From Octopus sinensis (Eukaryota), in NCBI RefSeq assembly GCF_006345805.1, contig NW_021827872.1, positions 1 to 9,530 of the forward strand: DNA of 9,530 bases. The letters are read 5' to 3'. Position 1 is the stretch's first letter. Each line of letters opens with the position of its first letter. The position numbers were made by a program, and so were the translations under genes. The notes below the pieces were generated by a model. It did not search any database. It was not told where the DNA came from and saw nothing but the letters and a program-made list of their open reading frames with translations. Shown here piece after piece: positions 1-8,971 of the stretch.

Positions 1-59
1 ACATATTTAAATTATAAGTATAGTGTATTTAACTTCGTAAATTTATTTGTATGATTGTT

Positions 60-97
60 ATATTATGTATATGCAAATATATATATATATATATATT

Positions 98-136
<39 letters not shown>

Positions 137-390
137 GATATATACATACATACATAATATATACATTTTTTAAACATATATACGTGTATGTGGTTATCTA
201 TATATGTATACGTACAAGATATATATATATATATTATATATATATATATTATATATATATTCTTGTATATATGCATATATCTGTACAGCAAACTACATAC
301 AATACACACGGACTCATACATGTATACCTATATATATATATACACATATACACTCGTATAGGTTTGTGTATATGTGTTTATGTAATATAT
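60..390. repeat. Imperfect (TA)n/(TACA)n AT-rich microsatellite tract
   Basis: Runs of tatatata with interruptions are visible directly. The YI/IY-rich ORFs here are translations of the repeat. Confidence 0.95.
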
Positions 391-519
391 AAGCTCTCTT
401 CGCAGTGCTTTTATACAATGACAATAAAACTAAATTAGACATATAAACGACGCATGAATATATGGATGCATAACATAATAGATACATGAGTTTACTCTAT
501 ATTATACATACTGGTACGT

Positions 520-572
520 GTATGTTTATATATATATATATATAATATATATATATATATATTATATAATAT

Positions 573-617
<45 letters not shown>

Positions 618-803
618 ATATATATATATATATATATGTACTTATACATATACATTATATAAATATTTATATACATGTGTGTAAGTGTATTTTTATATAT
701 ATGTATATATATATATATACACACACAGACACACACACACATATATATATATATATGCATACCTACATATATAAGTATGTAAATATCTGTATATGTGTTT
801 CGA

Positions 804-836
<33 letters not shown>

Positions 837-885
837 GCGTTCATGTGCGTGTGTGTGTGTATATGTTTATATGTGTGTGTGTGTA
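520..885. repeat. Compound (TA)n/(CA)n/(TG)n microsatellite
   Basis: Long TA runs at 525-640, CA at 719-740 and TG at 845-883. Confidence 0.95.
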
Positions 886-919
886 CATCCCCCATTATCG
901 TTAGGCCATTTAGGTGCGA

Positions 920-1000
920 TATCACTCCACCAATATCACAACCACCTTCAACACCAACACCATCACTATCACCACCACAGCCATCACCGCCACCACATCC
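920..1000. repeat. Degenerate (CAC/CCA/CAT)n trinucleotide repeat
   Basis: caccaacaccatcactatcaccaccacagccatcaccgccaccac. Confidence 0.8.
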
Positions 1001-1069
1001 TTTCCTTATTTTTTTTTATTCTACACACATCAAAATTAAATTTTCCCTCGAACTGTTAAGGGTTGAGAA

Positions 1070-1322
1070 TATGTGTATATCTGTGTGTGTGATTAGGTGC
1101 ATGTCTGTGTGCACGCATATGTCTGTATTTGTATGTGTGTGTGTGTGTGTGTGTGCCACAGTATGTCTTTGAATATGTGTGTGTGTGTGTATATATACAT
1201 ATATATATATTTGTATATATATAATACGTATGGTTACGTATACCTGTCTGCGTATGTCTGTGTCTACGTGTAAGTACATCCCGTATATACATAATACATA
1301 CATATATATATATATATAATAT

Positions 1323-1364
<42 letters not shown>

Positions 1365-1420
1365 TATATATACACATAAGTACGTTGTCTATGTATAAGT
1401 GTACATGTGTGTGTGTGCGC
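1070..1420. repeat. Compound (TG)n/(TA)n microsatellite
   Basis: TG runs at 1135-1154 and 1177-1190; TA runs at 1300-1372. Confidence 0.92.
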
Positions 1421-1554
1421 GCGTCACTGTGTGTGGTGTTGGTGTTTGTGAATGAGTGTGAAAAGACACAAAAAGATATCGATCTGTCAATCTCACTCTC
1501 TTCTGTTTTTCATTATCTCTTTCATTCTCTCCACCCCTTCCTATCTCTCTCTCA

Positions 1555-1566
1555 CTCGCTCGCACA

Positions 1567-1614
<48 letters not shown>

Positions 1615-1950
1615 CACACTCACATAGACACACTCACACACTCTCTTACACTTTAGCATTTTATCTTCCTCTTGATCTACACACACACACACACACATAT
1701 TTATACATATATACGTATGTATGTATATATGTATGTGTCTATATACATTTATGTATACGTATGTATATATATATAAGTGCACAAGTATATATATATATAT
1801 ATATGTTATATATGCACGTATGTGTATTTGTGCATGTATATACATTTTTATGTATATATACGTATATATATAATATGTGTGTGTGTGTGTGCGTGCATGT
1901 GTATACGTGCTTGTGTGTGTGTGTGTGTGTGTGTACATATGTACATATGT
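1555..1950. repeat. (CA)n followed by compound (TA)n/(TG)n microsatellite
   Basis: Near-perfect CA run at ~1568-1610, then TA/TG-rich sequence to ~1950. Confidence 0.93.
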
Positions 1951-1994
1951 ATGCGTCTCTCTTTACTTCATTCTAACACTCCCGTTCTTTTCAT

Positions 1995-2490
1995 CTATTA
2001 TTATTATTATTGTTAATATTACTATTATTTTTATTATCATCTCTTCTTATTCTTGGCCTCCTCTTTTTCTTTCTCCATGCTTTCTCCTCTTCCTCCTTTT
2101 CCATCTTCCCCAACTTCTTTATCTCCTTCTTCTTCTCCGTCTTTTTCTTCTTTTATTTCTTTGCTCCCCCCACCCCCCATACCATTTTTATCCCCTTCAG
2201 ATTGCCACCATTACTGCCATTGCTGGCACAACCACCACCGTTACAACTACATCATCTTCACATCCACAATTCCAACACAGCCATGACCCTCCACACAACC
2301 ACCACCAGTGCCATCACTACCATCACAGCCAACATCGCCAACACCACCATACCACTATACCACTACTACCACCGTCACTACAACCACCATAATCACCCCC
2401 ACCATCTCAACCACCATCACAATCACCACGACCACCATCACTACTATCACCGCCCTTGTCACCACAACCACCACCATTACTGGTGACCAT
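1995..2490. repeat. Succession of degenerate trinucleotide repeats: (TAT)n, (TCT/CCT)n, (CAC/ACC/CAT)n
   Basis: TAT at ~1995-2035, TCT-rich at ~2040-2160, ACC/CAC-rich at ~2205-2490. These produce the poly-I, poly-L/F/S and poly-T/H ORFs. Confidence 0.9.
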
Positions 2491-2662
2491 AACATCTAAA
2501 TAAAGATAATAGTGTCCAGTGTTGTCCGTGCAAAGTGACAACTGGTCAAATATAATTGAAGAAAAGCTCCGATCTAAATGAAATGCCACAGCACGTTGAT
2601 TGAACTTCATAAAAAAAATCTCCATCACAACTAATAATTTTATTAATTCAACTGGCATAGCA

Positions 2663-2931
2663 GTCTGTCTGTCTGCCTGCCTGGTTGGTTGGCTGGCTGG
2701 CTGGCTGCCTGGCTGAATGGTTAGATAGTTGGATGGCTGGATGACTGAATGGCTTGATTTAACTGGCGGGTTGTTTCAATGACTCTTTGTTTGTCTATCT
2801 TTCTCTATGGTTGGCTGGTTTGTTGGTTGCTCAGAAGAATGGATAGTTAGTTGGTTGGTTGGCTGGCTGGCTGGTTGGTTGGTTGGCTGGTTGGTTGGTT
2901 GGTTGGCTGGTTGGTTGGTTGGTTGGTTGGT
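2663..2931. repeat. Compound tetranucleotide microsatellite (GTCT)/(GCCT)/(GGTT)/(GGCT)n
   Basis: gtctgtctgtctgcctgcctggttggttggctggctgg..., with a long ggttggttggct run at 2850-2931. Confidence 0.92.
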
Positions 2932-2939
2932 GATTGCAC

Positions 2940-3560
2940 CAGAAAGTAAAGCTTAAAAGAGAAGGAGAGGGGACGGATCTCTCTGGTACTCTATTCGAGA
3001 AATTGTTAGCCCTGAAAGACTATATAGGTTTGGCCGTTTAAAGATATTTTTTCAAACCAATGTCTTGTGTGGTTTCTGAAGGTTTTTGAAGTATATTTTT
3101 TATATCGGTAGATAGTGGGCAATGGAGCAAGAAGTTTGTCGAACGCATTTAATATGGTGTGTATGGCAGTTTTTATTCGGAAGCCATCATGTAATTTTTT
3201 TGTTAAATTTGTGAGTGTTTGGTGGGCAAATATTACATAGAGAATATGTGCCGTGATTTCGAGAAGGGCATGTGTGTGTGCGTGTGTGTATGTGTGTGTG
3301 TGTATTAATGATACACCGATCAGTTATTTTAGAATATTTGACGGGATTCATAGGAAGTTAATGGGCCTGTCTATATGATGTTATCTCATTGGGATCCTTG
3401 TTGAACTTCACAAGTGATAGAATTTTCTATCTAAGTTTCTAAACTCTGGGGACATTACAATGTTCAAAGAAGATAGCAACGATACTTTCTTTATTTCGTC
3501 GTTACAACTGCTGTCATTTTTAATGATAATCCATTTTTGGAACTATGAATCTCGAAGCAA
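2940..3560 (-). mobile_element. Decayed non-LTR retrotransposon (LINE, Jockey/I/CR1-like) reverse transcriptase fragment, pseudogenised
   Basis: Manual minus-strand translation gives collinear RT motifs. NVPRV*K...KILSLVKFNKDPNEITSYR (3456-3370) plus a 4-nt insertion, then PINFL*IPSNILK*LI (3365-3318), resemble P..WK.AKIIPI.KP.KDP....SYRPISLL.IPSKILEKLI. HQTLTNLTKKLHDGF...ILNAFDKL (HDGF 3191-3180, AFDK 3146-3135) resembles HQL.R..E.I.DGF...[18 protein letters not shown] (2995-2963) resembles GVPQGSVLSP. Stops and frameshifts are present, and a (TG)n tract is inserted at 3271-3303. Confidence 0.75.
3271..3303. repeat. (TG)n microsatellite interrupting the RT fossil
   Basis: tgtgtgtgtgcgtgtgtgtatgtgtgtgtgtgt. 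Confidence 0.95.
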
Positions 3561-3624
3561 GCAAAACTATAAATAACAGCGTATAAATATTGGGTTAAAA
3601 ATGCCATTGGATAAGAGGGATCAA

Positions 3625-3695
3625 GAGCTAACGTGAGACTCGAACCCTCATCTCCTGTAAGCATGACAGGCGTTCTACCATTGAACCAAAGCATC
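3625..3695 (-). pseudogene. tRNA-like sequence (tRNA pseudogene or tRNA-derived SINE head), nominal anticodon TGC
   Basis: Minus strand reads GATGCTT TG GTTC AATGGTA GAAC G CCTGT CATGCTT ACAGG AGATGAGGGTTCGAGTCTCAC GTTAGCTC. A box TGGTTCAATGG is at 3688-3678 and B box GGTTCGAGTC at 3646-3637. The 4-bp D stem and 5-bp anticodon stem are perfect, with a 7-nt loop. The acceptor stem is poor, and there is A33 instead of U33 and T37 instead of a purine. A T5 run lies ~24 nt downstream (3601-3597). Confidence 0.75.
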
Positions 3696-3714
3696 TAGTT
3701 TAGAAACTTAATTC

Positions 3715-4200
3715 TTACCAGCGAGAATTCTATTTTTATTGATATTTGCATCTTGTAAATCCGTGTGTTTGGTGGGATTTGGAGTTAGGAGTATTTGCAA
3801 ATATTGTTTGATTGTGTTTATGGAGTATTTTAAAGTCTTCGTAAAAAAACCCATACTTTTGTAATGTTTTTAGAATGTTTCACGCAGATTCGTAGTCACT
3901 ACTGTTCTCAGGTGAGGTTTGCACATACTAAGAGGAATATTACCGTGTATGAAGTTCATATCGTCCCTTTTTGAATCTTATATTCGATATTTGTTTACAC
4001 TGCATATTCAACCATTTTATACGATGGTGAGGTACTATTTGAAGATGATTACGCTGCAATTTCTTGCAAGTCAAGTGATTACGTAAAGGTTGACTCGTGC
4101 TGGTTCTGATAGCGACCACAGTAGAAGACAAAATGATCTTCGTCAAATAGCAACAGTTACTGTGCCTCTGCAATTAACTTTGGTGATGTGCAACCCAAGA
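3715..4200 (-). mobile_element. Possible upstream continuation of the LINE fossil (endonuclease-RT linker region)
   Basis: The minus strand is A-rich as in 2940-3560 and has K/N/H-rich open stretches (e.g. CKKLQRNHLQ...IKWLNMQCKQISNIRFKK; ILKTLQKYGFFYEDFKILHK). No diagnostic motif is recognised. Confidence 0.3.
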
Positions 4201-4264
4201 GAGTAAGTGTGTAAGAGGAGAATAAGGTTGCTGTCATTCTTCTTGTATTTGTTGTTGTTGCTGC

Positions 4265-4335
4265 TTTTTAACTGAAGGTCCAACCTGATTGATCATAATT
4301 CGGGCGTTCCAACTATAACCATCTCGTCTTTTAGG
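4265..4335. mobile_element. Possible short interspersed-repeat fragment
   Basis: aaggtccaacctgattgatcataattcgggcgttccaactataaccatctcgtctttt resembles, from memory only, a common octopus interspersed repeat. Not verifiable here. Confidence 0.25.
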
Positions 4336-4438
4336 AATATCTTGGATTGCATTGTCTAATGCAATGATTCCCATACTGTCAGGAACCTATACAAGTGTAG
4401 GGGAAATTTTGTGCCCTTTCCACCTTTCTCTTTATCAT

Positions 4439-4617
<179 letters not shown>

Positions 4618-4618
<1 letters not shown>

Positions 4619-4810
4619 TGCAAAGTCGTTAATACGCTGGACGAAATGCTTGGCTGCATTTCGTCCGTTTTTACTCTCCGAATTCAAATTCAGCCGTTGT
4701 CAGCTTTGTCTTCCATCGTTTCGGAGTCGATAAAATAAGTACCAGTACAGCACTGGGTTTGGTATAATTCCCCAAAATTTCAAACCTTGTAAGTTGTGAG
4801 TAAAAGGAAG
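4618..4810 (+). mobile_element. SINE-like element, copy 1
   Basis: Shares tttac..ct..ga.ttcaaattc.gccg (B-box-like) with 5559-5767 and a cactggg...ccccaaaattt...ccttgt tail with both other copies. Contains an 11-bp hairpin at 4639-4666. Matches my recollection of an abundant octopus tRNA-derived SINE. Confidence 0.75.
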
Positions 4811-4850
4811 TGCTTTTCTGAAGGTGTTGAAAGACTGTTCTGCAGTGTTG

Positions 4851-5435
4851 TAGAAACGCTTAGGATTTGGGTGCTGTAGATATGTTTAGGGGCTTGGTGT
4901 TACAGATATGTCATGGGGTTGGATGTTTTAAATATGTTTGGGGATTTGGTATTATAGATATTTGGTGGGCTTTGATGCTATAGGCATATTCAGAGTTTTT
5001 GGTCCTATAGATATACTGAAATTTTGGTATTATAGATATGTTTGGAGTTTTGATGTTATAGATATATTTTGGGTTTTGGTCATCTAAATATATTTGCGGT
5101 TTGGGAGTTTTAGATATGTTTGGGATTTGTATCTCATGTATGGAGTTTTGGCGTTATAGATATGTTTGGGGTTTTGGTGTTATAGATATGTTTAAGATTT
5201 TGGCCTTATAGCTATGCTTGGGGATTGGTGTTATAGATGTGATTGGTATTTTGGTGTTCTAGATATATTTGCGGTTGTAATCTTATAAATACATCTGTGG
5301 AGTATTATTGAAATGCTTGTGGGAGTTTGGCGTCGTAGATACGTTAGGGTTTGGGAGCTGAAGATATTTTGTAGTTTTGCTGTTATAGATACAATCGTGG
5401 GTTCATGTTGAATATATTTTAAGGTTTTCGTGCAA
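4851..5435. repeat. Degenerate 26-bp minisatellite, ~22 units, consensus TAGATATGTTTGGGGTTTTGGTGTTA
   Basis: Units start at 4851, 4877, 4903, 4929, 4955, 4981, 5008, 5033, 5059, 5085, 5111, ..., 5157 (exact consensus), 5183, 5209, 5234, 5260, ..., 5336, 5361, 5386. Confidence 0.92.
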
Positions 5436-5465
5436 CATAGTAAATGGGGTTGAAATTAGTATCAG

Positions 5466-5548
5466 CCAAGCACCGAGGTCGAGATAATCGACTTTCCCCT
5501 CCCCACCAAATTTCTTATCTTGGGCCTAGAGCAGAAAGGATTAGTTAA
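5466..5548 (+). mobile_element. SINE-like element, 3' fragment (copy 2)
   Basis: agcaccgaggtcgagataatcgactttcccctccccaccaaatttcttatcttgggcc aligns to the 3' halves of 4618-4810 and 5559-5767. Confidence 0.6.
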
Positions 5549-5558
5549 GAGTATTGTA

Positions 5559-5767
5559 AGCCGTTGAACTGGCAGACAAAAAGCTTACTGACATTGCTTC
5601 CGGCTCTTTACGTTCTGAGTTCAAATTCCGCCGAGCTCGACTTTCATCCTTCAGTACTGGAATCAATGTAGTCAAGTCGTCTGGGGGGGGGGGGGTAATG
5701 TACTGGGGTTAATGTAATAAAGTCGTCCTTTTCCCTCAAAATTGCTGGCCTTGTCCCAAAATTTGAT
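5559..5767 (+). mobile_element. SINE-like element, copy 3, with an internal 28-bp duplication and G13 run
   Basis: B-box-like gagttcaaattcc at 5617-5629; tail ccctcaaaattgctggccttgtcccaaaatttga. Homologous to copy 1. Confidence 0.75.
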
Positions 5768-5862
5768 GCAATAATTAAAAAAGTATTGCGTTCCATAAAT
5801 ACGCACAACTGTCTTCAATGCAACTTGAACTCCAAAGGTCTCCTGTTACATTTCAATACAGA

Positions 5863-6110
5863 GCTGTTGTTGTAGTTGATGATGATGATGATGATGATGA
5901 TGATGAGGAGGAGGGTGGTGGTGGTGGTGGAGGTGAGGAGGAGGAGGGGGATCATGATGCTGTGGTGGTGATGGTGATGATGGTAGTAGTGGTGGTGGTG
6001 GTAGTGGTGGTGGTGGTGGTGGTGATGATGGTAGTAGTGGTGGTGATGGTGGTGGTGATAATGGTGGTAGTGGTGGTGGTGGTGGTCATCGTCGTCGGTT
6101 GTGTGTGTGA
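5863..6110. repeat. Compound (GTT)/(GAT)n/(GAG)n/(GGT)n trinucleotide repeat
   Basis: Directly visible. It is the source of the poly-D/E/G/V ORF 5818-6135. Confidence 0.95.
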
Positions 6111-6429
6111 GGAGGGGGTAGCTCCTACATATTAATGATAAAGAAAAGTGTTCAGGCGATCACCATCCCCTCTTTACTCAAACTAGCTCCTCTTTCTTTT
6201 CATTTTGCTTAAACTGGAAGATTGGCTACTATTTCTAGCAGGTTGCATGATTATGTAAATCAGTAAAACAAACCTTATGTACCTTATTGTGTTATGTTAT
6301 GCGCATGATCCTTTGGTCCATGTCTTGCATGAAACTGGATGGGGCAAAAGACGTTGGGACCAATGATGTAGATGATCTCGGATCAAGTAATTTCGGTGAT
6401 CACGATGCTCGCGAGGCTAATTGCAAGTT

Positions 6430-7300
6430 GAGTGTGTGTGTGTGTATGTGAGAGTGTGTGAGTGTGTGTGTGTGAGTGAGTGAGTGACGTGTGAGTGAGT
6501 GAGTGAGTGAATGAGTGAATCTGAGTGAATGAGTGAGTGAGTGAGTGAGTGAGTGAATGAGTGAATCTGAGTGAATGAGTGAGTGAGTGAGTGAATGAAT
6601 GAGTGAGTGAATGAGTGAGTGAGTGAGTGAGTGAGTGAGTGAATGAGTGGGTGAATGAGTGAATGAATGAGTGAGTGAATGAGTGAGTGAGTGAGTGAGT
6701 GAGTGAATGAGTGGGTGAATGAGTGAGTGAGTGAGTGAATGAGTGAGTGAGTGAGTGAGTGTGTGAGTGAATGAGTGGGTGAATGAGTGAATCTGAGTGA
6801 ATGAGTGAGTGAGTGAGTGAGTGAATGAGTGAGTGAATGAGTGAGTGAGTGAGTGAGTGAATGAGTGACTGAGTGAGTGAGTGAATGAGTGGGTGAATGA
6901 GTGAATCTGAGTGAATGAGTGAGTGAGTGAGTGAATGAGTGAGTGAATGAGTGAGTGAGTGAGTGAGTGAATGAGTGGGTGAGTGAGTGAGTGAGTGAGT
7001 GAATGAGTGAGTGAGTGAGTGAATGAGTGGGTGAATGAGTGAATCTGAGTGAATGAGTGAGGAAGTGAGTGAGTGAGTGAGTGAATGAGTGAGTGAATGG
7101 GTGAGTGAATGAGTGAGTGAATGACTGAGTGAATGAGTGAGTGAATGAGTGAGTGAGTGAGTGAGTGAATGAGTGGGTGAATGAGTGAGTGAGTGAGTGA
7201 ATGAGTGAGTGAGTGAGTGTGTGAGTGAATGAGTGGGTGAATGAGTGAATCTGAGTGAATGAGTGAGTGAGTGAGTGAGTGAGTGAGTGAAGGAGTGAGT
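6430..7300. repeat. ~870-bp (GAGT)n/(GAAT) tetranucleotide array with recurrent variant units; degenerate flank to ~7455
   Basis: Continuous gagtgagtgaat repeats, with the variants gggt and gaatct recurring. The minus strand (ACTC)n is stop-free, which explains the 333-aa and 345-aa HSLT ORFs. Confidence 0.97.
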
Positions 7301-7637
7301 GAAATGGAGAAGGAAGAAGTGAGGATATGACTAAGGTTATATTTGAGAGAACGTGTGCTTGGGTGGATGTTTGCATTAGTGAGTGCAAGAGTGAATGACA
7401 AAGCGAGTGAGTGAATAAATAAATATGTGAGTGCTTGAATAAGTGAATGAGCATGTGATGGAACGATCGAGCTGGTGCGTGTGTGTACGGGTGTGTATGC
7501 GCGTGATTGATTGTGTGAGTATGTGCTCTACTGAGTGAGAAATATACGCATCACATTTCTATATCTGTTGAAGGAACACTCAATTTTCACAAACTCCTTG
7601 CACTTAAATGACGTCATTTTTTTCTTCATCGACATTT

Positions 7638-7750
7638 ATTCTCTTAATCATTGTTGTTATTGTTATTGTTGTTGTTGCAGCTGCTGCTGCTACTGTTGGT
7701 CTTGTTGTTGTTGTTGCTGTTGCTGCTGCTGCTACTGCTGCTGCCGTTGT
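7638..7750. repeat. (GTT)/(GCT)n trinucleotide repeat
   Basis: tgttgttgttgcagctgctgctgctactgttgg... Confidence 0.93.
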
Positions 7751-7847
7751 TTATGGATTTTTAAGTTGCATTTGAGTGGGATTGTATTTCTTTTTTTTTA
7801 AATCTACATCGCTCTATTAATTAGTTAATCACTCTTTCGCTGGTTCC

Positions 7848-8145
7848 TACTACCACCACAACCACCACCACAACAACAACAACAACCACAACAACAGTAA
7901 TCATTATAACAACTGCCACAACTACCACAATAATCAGTATAACCATACTGTAATGATGACCACTACCACAATAACCACAAGAACCACCACCACTACTACT
8001 ACATCATTCATACCCATCATAACTATGGCTTATACAACAATCACAACTACAGTCACAAACACCACAAGCACACCACCTCTACTACAACCATCACCAACAC
8101 ACTTGCAACTAATACACTATCACCACCATCACCACCACAAACTAT
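7848..8145. repeat. Degenerate (CAC)/(CAA)/(ACT)n trinucleotide repeat
   Basis: accaccacaaccaccaccacaacaacaacaacaacc..., decaying rightwards. Confidence 0.88.
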
Positions 8146-8294
8146 AAGAAACACCTACTATTATTCTGACTTCTGCTTTTCACCCTTCCATCAACACCAC
8201 CACCACCTTACAACTTCATCTATTTCTCTCTTTCGTTCTCTGTAACCACCTCTCTTTCCTTCTTCAACTTTGTCTATATCCTTCTCTCACTCCC

Positions 8295-8428
<134 letters not shown>

Positions 8429-8628
8429 CCTCGATATTGATCTCAATTTATCTACCTACTTCAGATACTAGTGTGTAACCAAAATCAGTGCCAACAGTGA
8501 TACAACTGCCGGCAACAACACTATCAATAACAATATTATCACAACTACTTCTACCAATATTGTTTTGATTATCTCCACCCATGTCCACCATCATTACTTT
8601 AAAGGCGATAGTCAAGTATACATATGCA

Positions 8629-8632
8629 CACA

Positions 8633-8676
<44 letters not shown>

Positions 8677-8765
8677 ACATATATATATAAATAAATAAAA
8701 CATATGCATATATACATACATATATGTACGTACCTACCTCTACATGTATATATACATGCATATAT
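8629..8765. repeat. (CA)n followed by TA-rich microsatellite
   Basis: CA run at ~8637-8674, then tatata/tacata repeats. Confidence 0.93.
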
Positions 8766-8881
8766 GGGTACAGGACACCAAAAAAACGTCGAACACAATG
8801 AGAAACGAAAACATAAACACAAAACCGAGGAAATGGACGTTTTTTTAAACAACGAAAAAATAGAGTACAGGACATACAAAC

Positions 8882-8971
8882 AAGGAAAATTCCCCTTCTT
8901 CAGTCGCCTTAATTTCATCTACTCCACGTTACGAAGTTCAGGCGATACATGACTTCAATGAAATTTTCCTT
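8882..8971 (-). ncRNA. Hammerhead-ribozyme-like motif A (degenerate, type II-like topology)
   Basis: Minus strand: aaggaaaatttcatt GAAG tcat GTA TCGCCT [30 nt] AGGCGA CTGAAGA aggggaattttcctt. A 6-bp stem I is flanked exactly by GUA and CUGAAGA. The outer arms pair at 14 of 15 positions, including 2 GU. It has GAAG instead of GAAA, and stem III is poor. Confidence 0.4.

Noticed and set aside
58-2016. Numerous YI-, CV- and HT-rich ORFs
   Set aside because: They are translations of (TA)n, (TG)n and (CA)n on both strands, with no protein-like content.
3654-3670. Functional tRNA-Ala(TGC) gene
   Set aside because: The acceptor stem cannot pair properly and invariant U33 and purine 37 are missing. 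It is kept only as a pseudogene or SINE head.
3491-3694. 67-aa minus-strand ORF MLWFNGRTP...
   Set aside because: It is a read-through of the tRNA-like sequence and the decayed LINE, not an independent gene.
3215-3776. 12-bp direct repeat gtgtttggtggg at ~3215 and ~3765
   Set aside because: It is short, low-complexity and G/T-biased. It does not bound a coherent element, so it is unlikely to be a target-site duplication.
4851-5435. CRISPR-like array
   Set aside because: The units are contiguous and degenerate with no unique spacers, there are no cas genes, and the context is eukaryotic.
5818-6135. 105-aa poly-D/E/G/V ORF
   Set aside because: Almost entirely trinucleotide repeat, with no supporting domain or splice context.
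6200-6250. actggaagattggctactatttctagcagg, vaguely familiar as a repeat fragment
   Set aside because: Too short, and it has no second copy in the window to support it.
6400-7454. 333-aa and 345-aa minus-strand ORFs (HSLT/HSFT repeats)
   Set aside because: (ACTC)n has no stop codon in any frame, and the two overlapping frames give the same peptide pattern. This is a microsatellite artefact.
8448-8952. ORFs of 156, 87 and 82 aa across the CA repeat and the start of the ~250-bp dimer
   Set aside because: Largely microsatellite and A-rich repeat sequence, with no recognisable RT or endonuclease motifs.
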